Virus record (IMG/VR): IMGVR_UViG_3300029183_000040
Location: 1-26,292 of that record
Source: a virus
Taxonomy: Duplodnaviria; Caudoviricetes
Strand: one strand, 5' to 3'
Length of the DNA stretch: 26,292 nucleotides
The notes under the pieces are model-generated. The model was given only the letters and a program-made list of their open reading frames with translations, was not told where the DNA came from and did no database searches. Numbering within the stretch: position 1 is the first letter of the stretch; each line of letters begins with the position of its first letter. The translations under genes were made by a program, and so were the position numbers. Shown piece by piece: positions 24,412-26,292 of the stretch.

Positions 24412-26022
24412 ATGGCGCAAACCGCCGCCACGACCATCATCAGGAAAGAGGAGCAGCTACGGGGGTCCGAAGCTCGCTCCAACTTTGAAAATCTGTGGCG
24501 CGATGTAACTCAGCTGGTGCTCCCTCATCAACGGGGGTTCACTGAGCAGATCGCCCCCGGCGTGGAGCGGACATCTCGCATTCTGGACAGCACTGCAGGC
24601 AATGCGCTGGAGCTTTTCGGCTCCTTCATGCTGGTGAACATGGCGAACCCTGCGGTGGATTGGATGGGCTCTCGCGTTCAGTATGCCGATGACCGTCCGG
24701 AGGTCCCGAGATCCGCCCAACGGAAGCAGTTTGATGAGCAGATCACAAAGCTCACCTTGAACGAGCTAAAACGCCCGGAGGTCGGTTTCTACAGTGCTCT
24801 CCATGTTGCGTTTCTCACTGATGGGTCTCTCGGGACGGATGTCCTGTCGATCGATTGGCACGAAGATCGCCTCCTGGTCCAGAACGTCCCTGTGCGCGAG
24901 ATCGTCATCGAAGAGGACCTGAACGGTCGGCCGGCGTGTTACATTCGGAAACGCACGGTCCCGATTACCAAGGCGGCCGTGCACCCCAGGTGGGCCGAGT
25001 ATTTCCAAAGGGAGTACAGCTCGCACGAGCTGACGCAGGACAAGGAGTGCGAGCTTCTGCACTACGTTGCCAGGGTGGATGCGCTCAATAGGCAGTGGCT
25101 GCCCCCGGCGGCGCGGAACTTCAAGTGGGCGAGTGTCTGGGTCGACAAGACCAAGAACAAAGTCATGTGGGCCGGCGGTGACGACACGGCGCTCTATGTT
25201 GCCACTCGGTGGATGAAAGCCATAGAGGACGGTCCCTACGGAAGGTCTCCGGCCATTACTGCCCTGCCTGATATCCGCCTGGTCAACGCTATTTCAGACA
25301 CGGTGCTCCGATCTGCGGAAAAGCAAACCGATCCTCCGTTGCTCATGCGCCAGGGCATGCTGCTTTCGCCGCTTCGCGTCGGTCCCTCTACCATATCGTT
25401 CACTGATGGCGACCCCAGGGCAGAACTGTTGATCCCGCCGGGGGGTGCTCGGGTGGAAGTGGGTGAGCTGGTCCTACAGAAACGGCAGGAGGCCATACGC
25501 ACTGCGTTCTTCACGCCGCTGTTCTTGTCGCCGGAGACGCCGGTTAAGACGGCCACAGAGATCTTGCTGCAGGCAGACGAGCGCAACAAGGCGGTGGCTC
25601 CCATGGTGATCCGTCAGCAGAATGAGCGGTTTGCGGCCATGATGCCCCGGGTCTACCAGCTGCTAATGCGCCACAACCGGCTGCCCCCTCTGCCCGAGGA
25701 CGCCACGGGCATTGAGACGGAGTATAACAGCCCTGTGTCGTCGAGCCAGCAGGTATCCGAGGCCTTGGGCGCGCAGAGGCTGCTCGAGGGCGTTGGTCTT
25801 CTGGCTCAGTTTGACCAAAATGCCGCGGATACGATCGACGTAGACCGGACGGCCGAGGTCATGCACGCGGGTTCCGGAGCCCCAGCCCGGGTCCTGACCA
25901 CAGAGACGGAGAAGAAGGCCCGGCGCAAGGCCAGGGCAGAACAGGTCGAAGCTCAGCGGACCCAAGAGGCGGCTTTGAACGCTGCGCAGGTGTCCGGAGA
26001 ATTGGCAGCAGCGAGGTCTTAA
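24412..26022 (+). CDS. Portal (head-tail connector), T7/BPP-1 type
   Basis: W.D...LVLP, DSTA..AL, RW.....YGRSP...ALPD...N, DPPL, IR.AFF and TATEI motifs; 536 aa. Confidence 0.93.
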   Translation: MAQTAATTIIRKEEQLRGSEARSNFENLWRDVTQLVLPHQRGFTEQIAPGVERTSRILDSTAGNALELFGSFMLVNMANPAVDWMGSRVQYADDRPEVPRSAQRKQFDEQITKLTLNELKRPEVGFYSALHVAFLTDGSLGTDVLSIDWHEDRLLVQNVPVREIVIEEDLNGRPACYIRKRTVPITKAAVHPRWAEYFQREYSSHELTQDKECELLHYVARVDALNRQWLPPAARNFKWASVWVDKTKNKVMWAGGDDTALYVATRWMKAIEDGPYGRSPAITALPDIRLVNAISDTVLRSAEKQTDPPLLMRQGMLLSPLRVGPSTISFTDGDPRAELLIPPGGARVEVGELVLQKRQEAIRTAFFTPLFLSPETPVKTATEILLQADERNKAVAPMVIRQQNERFAAMMPRVYQLLMRHNRLPPLPEDATGIETEYNSPVSSSQQVSEALGAQRLLEGVGLLAQFDQNAADTIDVDRTAEVMHAGSGAPARVLTTETEKKARRKARAEQVEAQRTQEAALNAAQVSGELAAARS

Positions 26023-26270
26023 TGGATGATATAGTGGTGGACACCAGAAAACTGGTGGAGGCTTATCGCGAGGTTTTCGAGGGCCAGGCGGGGGCCATCG
26101 TCGTCGCCGACTTGTCAAGGAAATTCGGTTTCGTTAACAGATCGATGTTTCATGTCGACGGAATGCGCATGGCGCATGCAGAAGGCCAGAGGTCGGTCTT
26201 GCAAGAAATCCAAAAGTACCTCATAAATGGAGATCAACTGATCCAAGTCGAAGGAGAAAGCAATGCGTAG
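26022..26270 (+). CDS. Bbp19-like conserved protein
   Basis: YREVF....G..V.ADL...F.....F.......EGQRSV...I pattern; TAATG coupling after the portal. Confidence 0.75.
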   Translation: MDDIVVDTRKLVEAYREVFEGQAGAIVVADLSRKFGFVNRSMFHVDGMRMAHAEGQRSVLQEIQKYLINGDQLIQVEGESNA

Positions 26271-26275
26271 ATTTG

Positions 26276-26292
26276 GATCGTGACTGGGAAAC
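26276..26292 (-). other. Amplification primer/adapter tag (artefact)
   Basis: GATCGTGACTGGGAAAC is the reverse complement of bases 1-17; it interrupts a gene starting at ATG 26263. Confidence 0.92.

Noticed and set aside
1-26292. Terminal inverted repeats suggesting a transposon or protein-primed linear genome
   Set aside because: The sequence is a known amplification primer tag; no transposase or family B polymerase is present.

Overview
This is a 26.3-kb fragment of a tailed dsDNA phage. It is most likely a podovirus with a BPP-1/APSE-like gene set, and probably infects an alphaproteobacterium (inference). Both ends carry the random-amplification primer tag GTTTCCCAGTCACGATC, so they are library artefacts rather than genome termini. 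The minus-strand arm (525-12908) holds, in transcription order: pentapeptide-repeat protein, SNF2 helicase, Cas4-like DUF2800 nuclease, DUF2815 SSB, headless YadA-type autotransporter, ThyX, dNMP kinase, family A DNA polymerase, RuvC-like resolvase, T5 A1-like metallophosphoesterase, a holin/spanin-like trio, and a degenerate dCMP deaminase. The plus-strand arm (13051 to the end) holds: Prim-Pol/AAA_25 primase-helicase followed by an ori-like inverted repeat; a promoter-dense accessory region with a SAM-lyase candidate, an array of palindromes, a candidate sRNA and an HNH gene; a GTA-like head-spike module with a likely -1 programmed frameshift followed by a tailspike; then TerL, portal and a Bbp19-like gene. 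All family calls come from recalled motifs; no searches were run.
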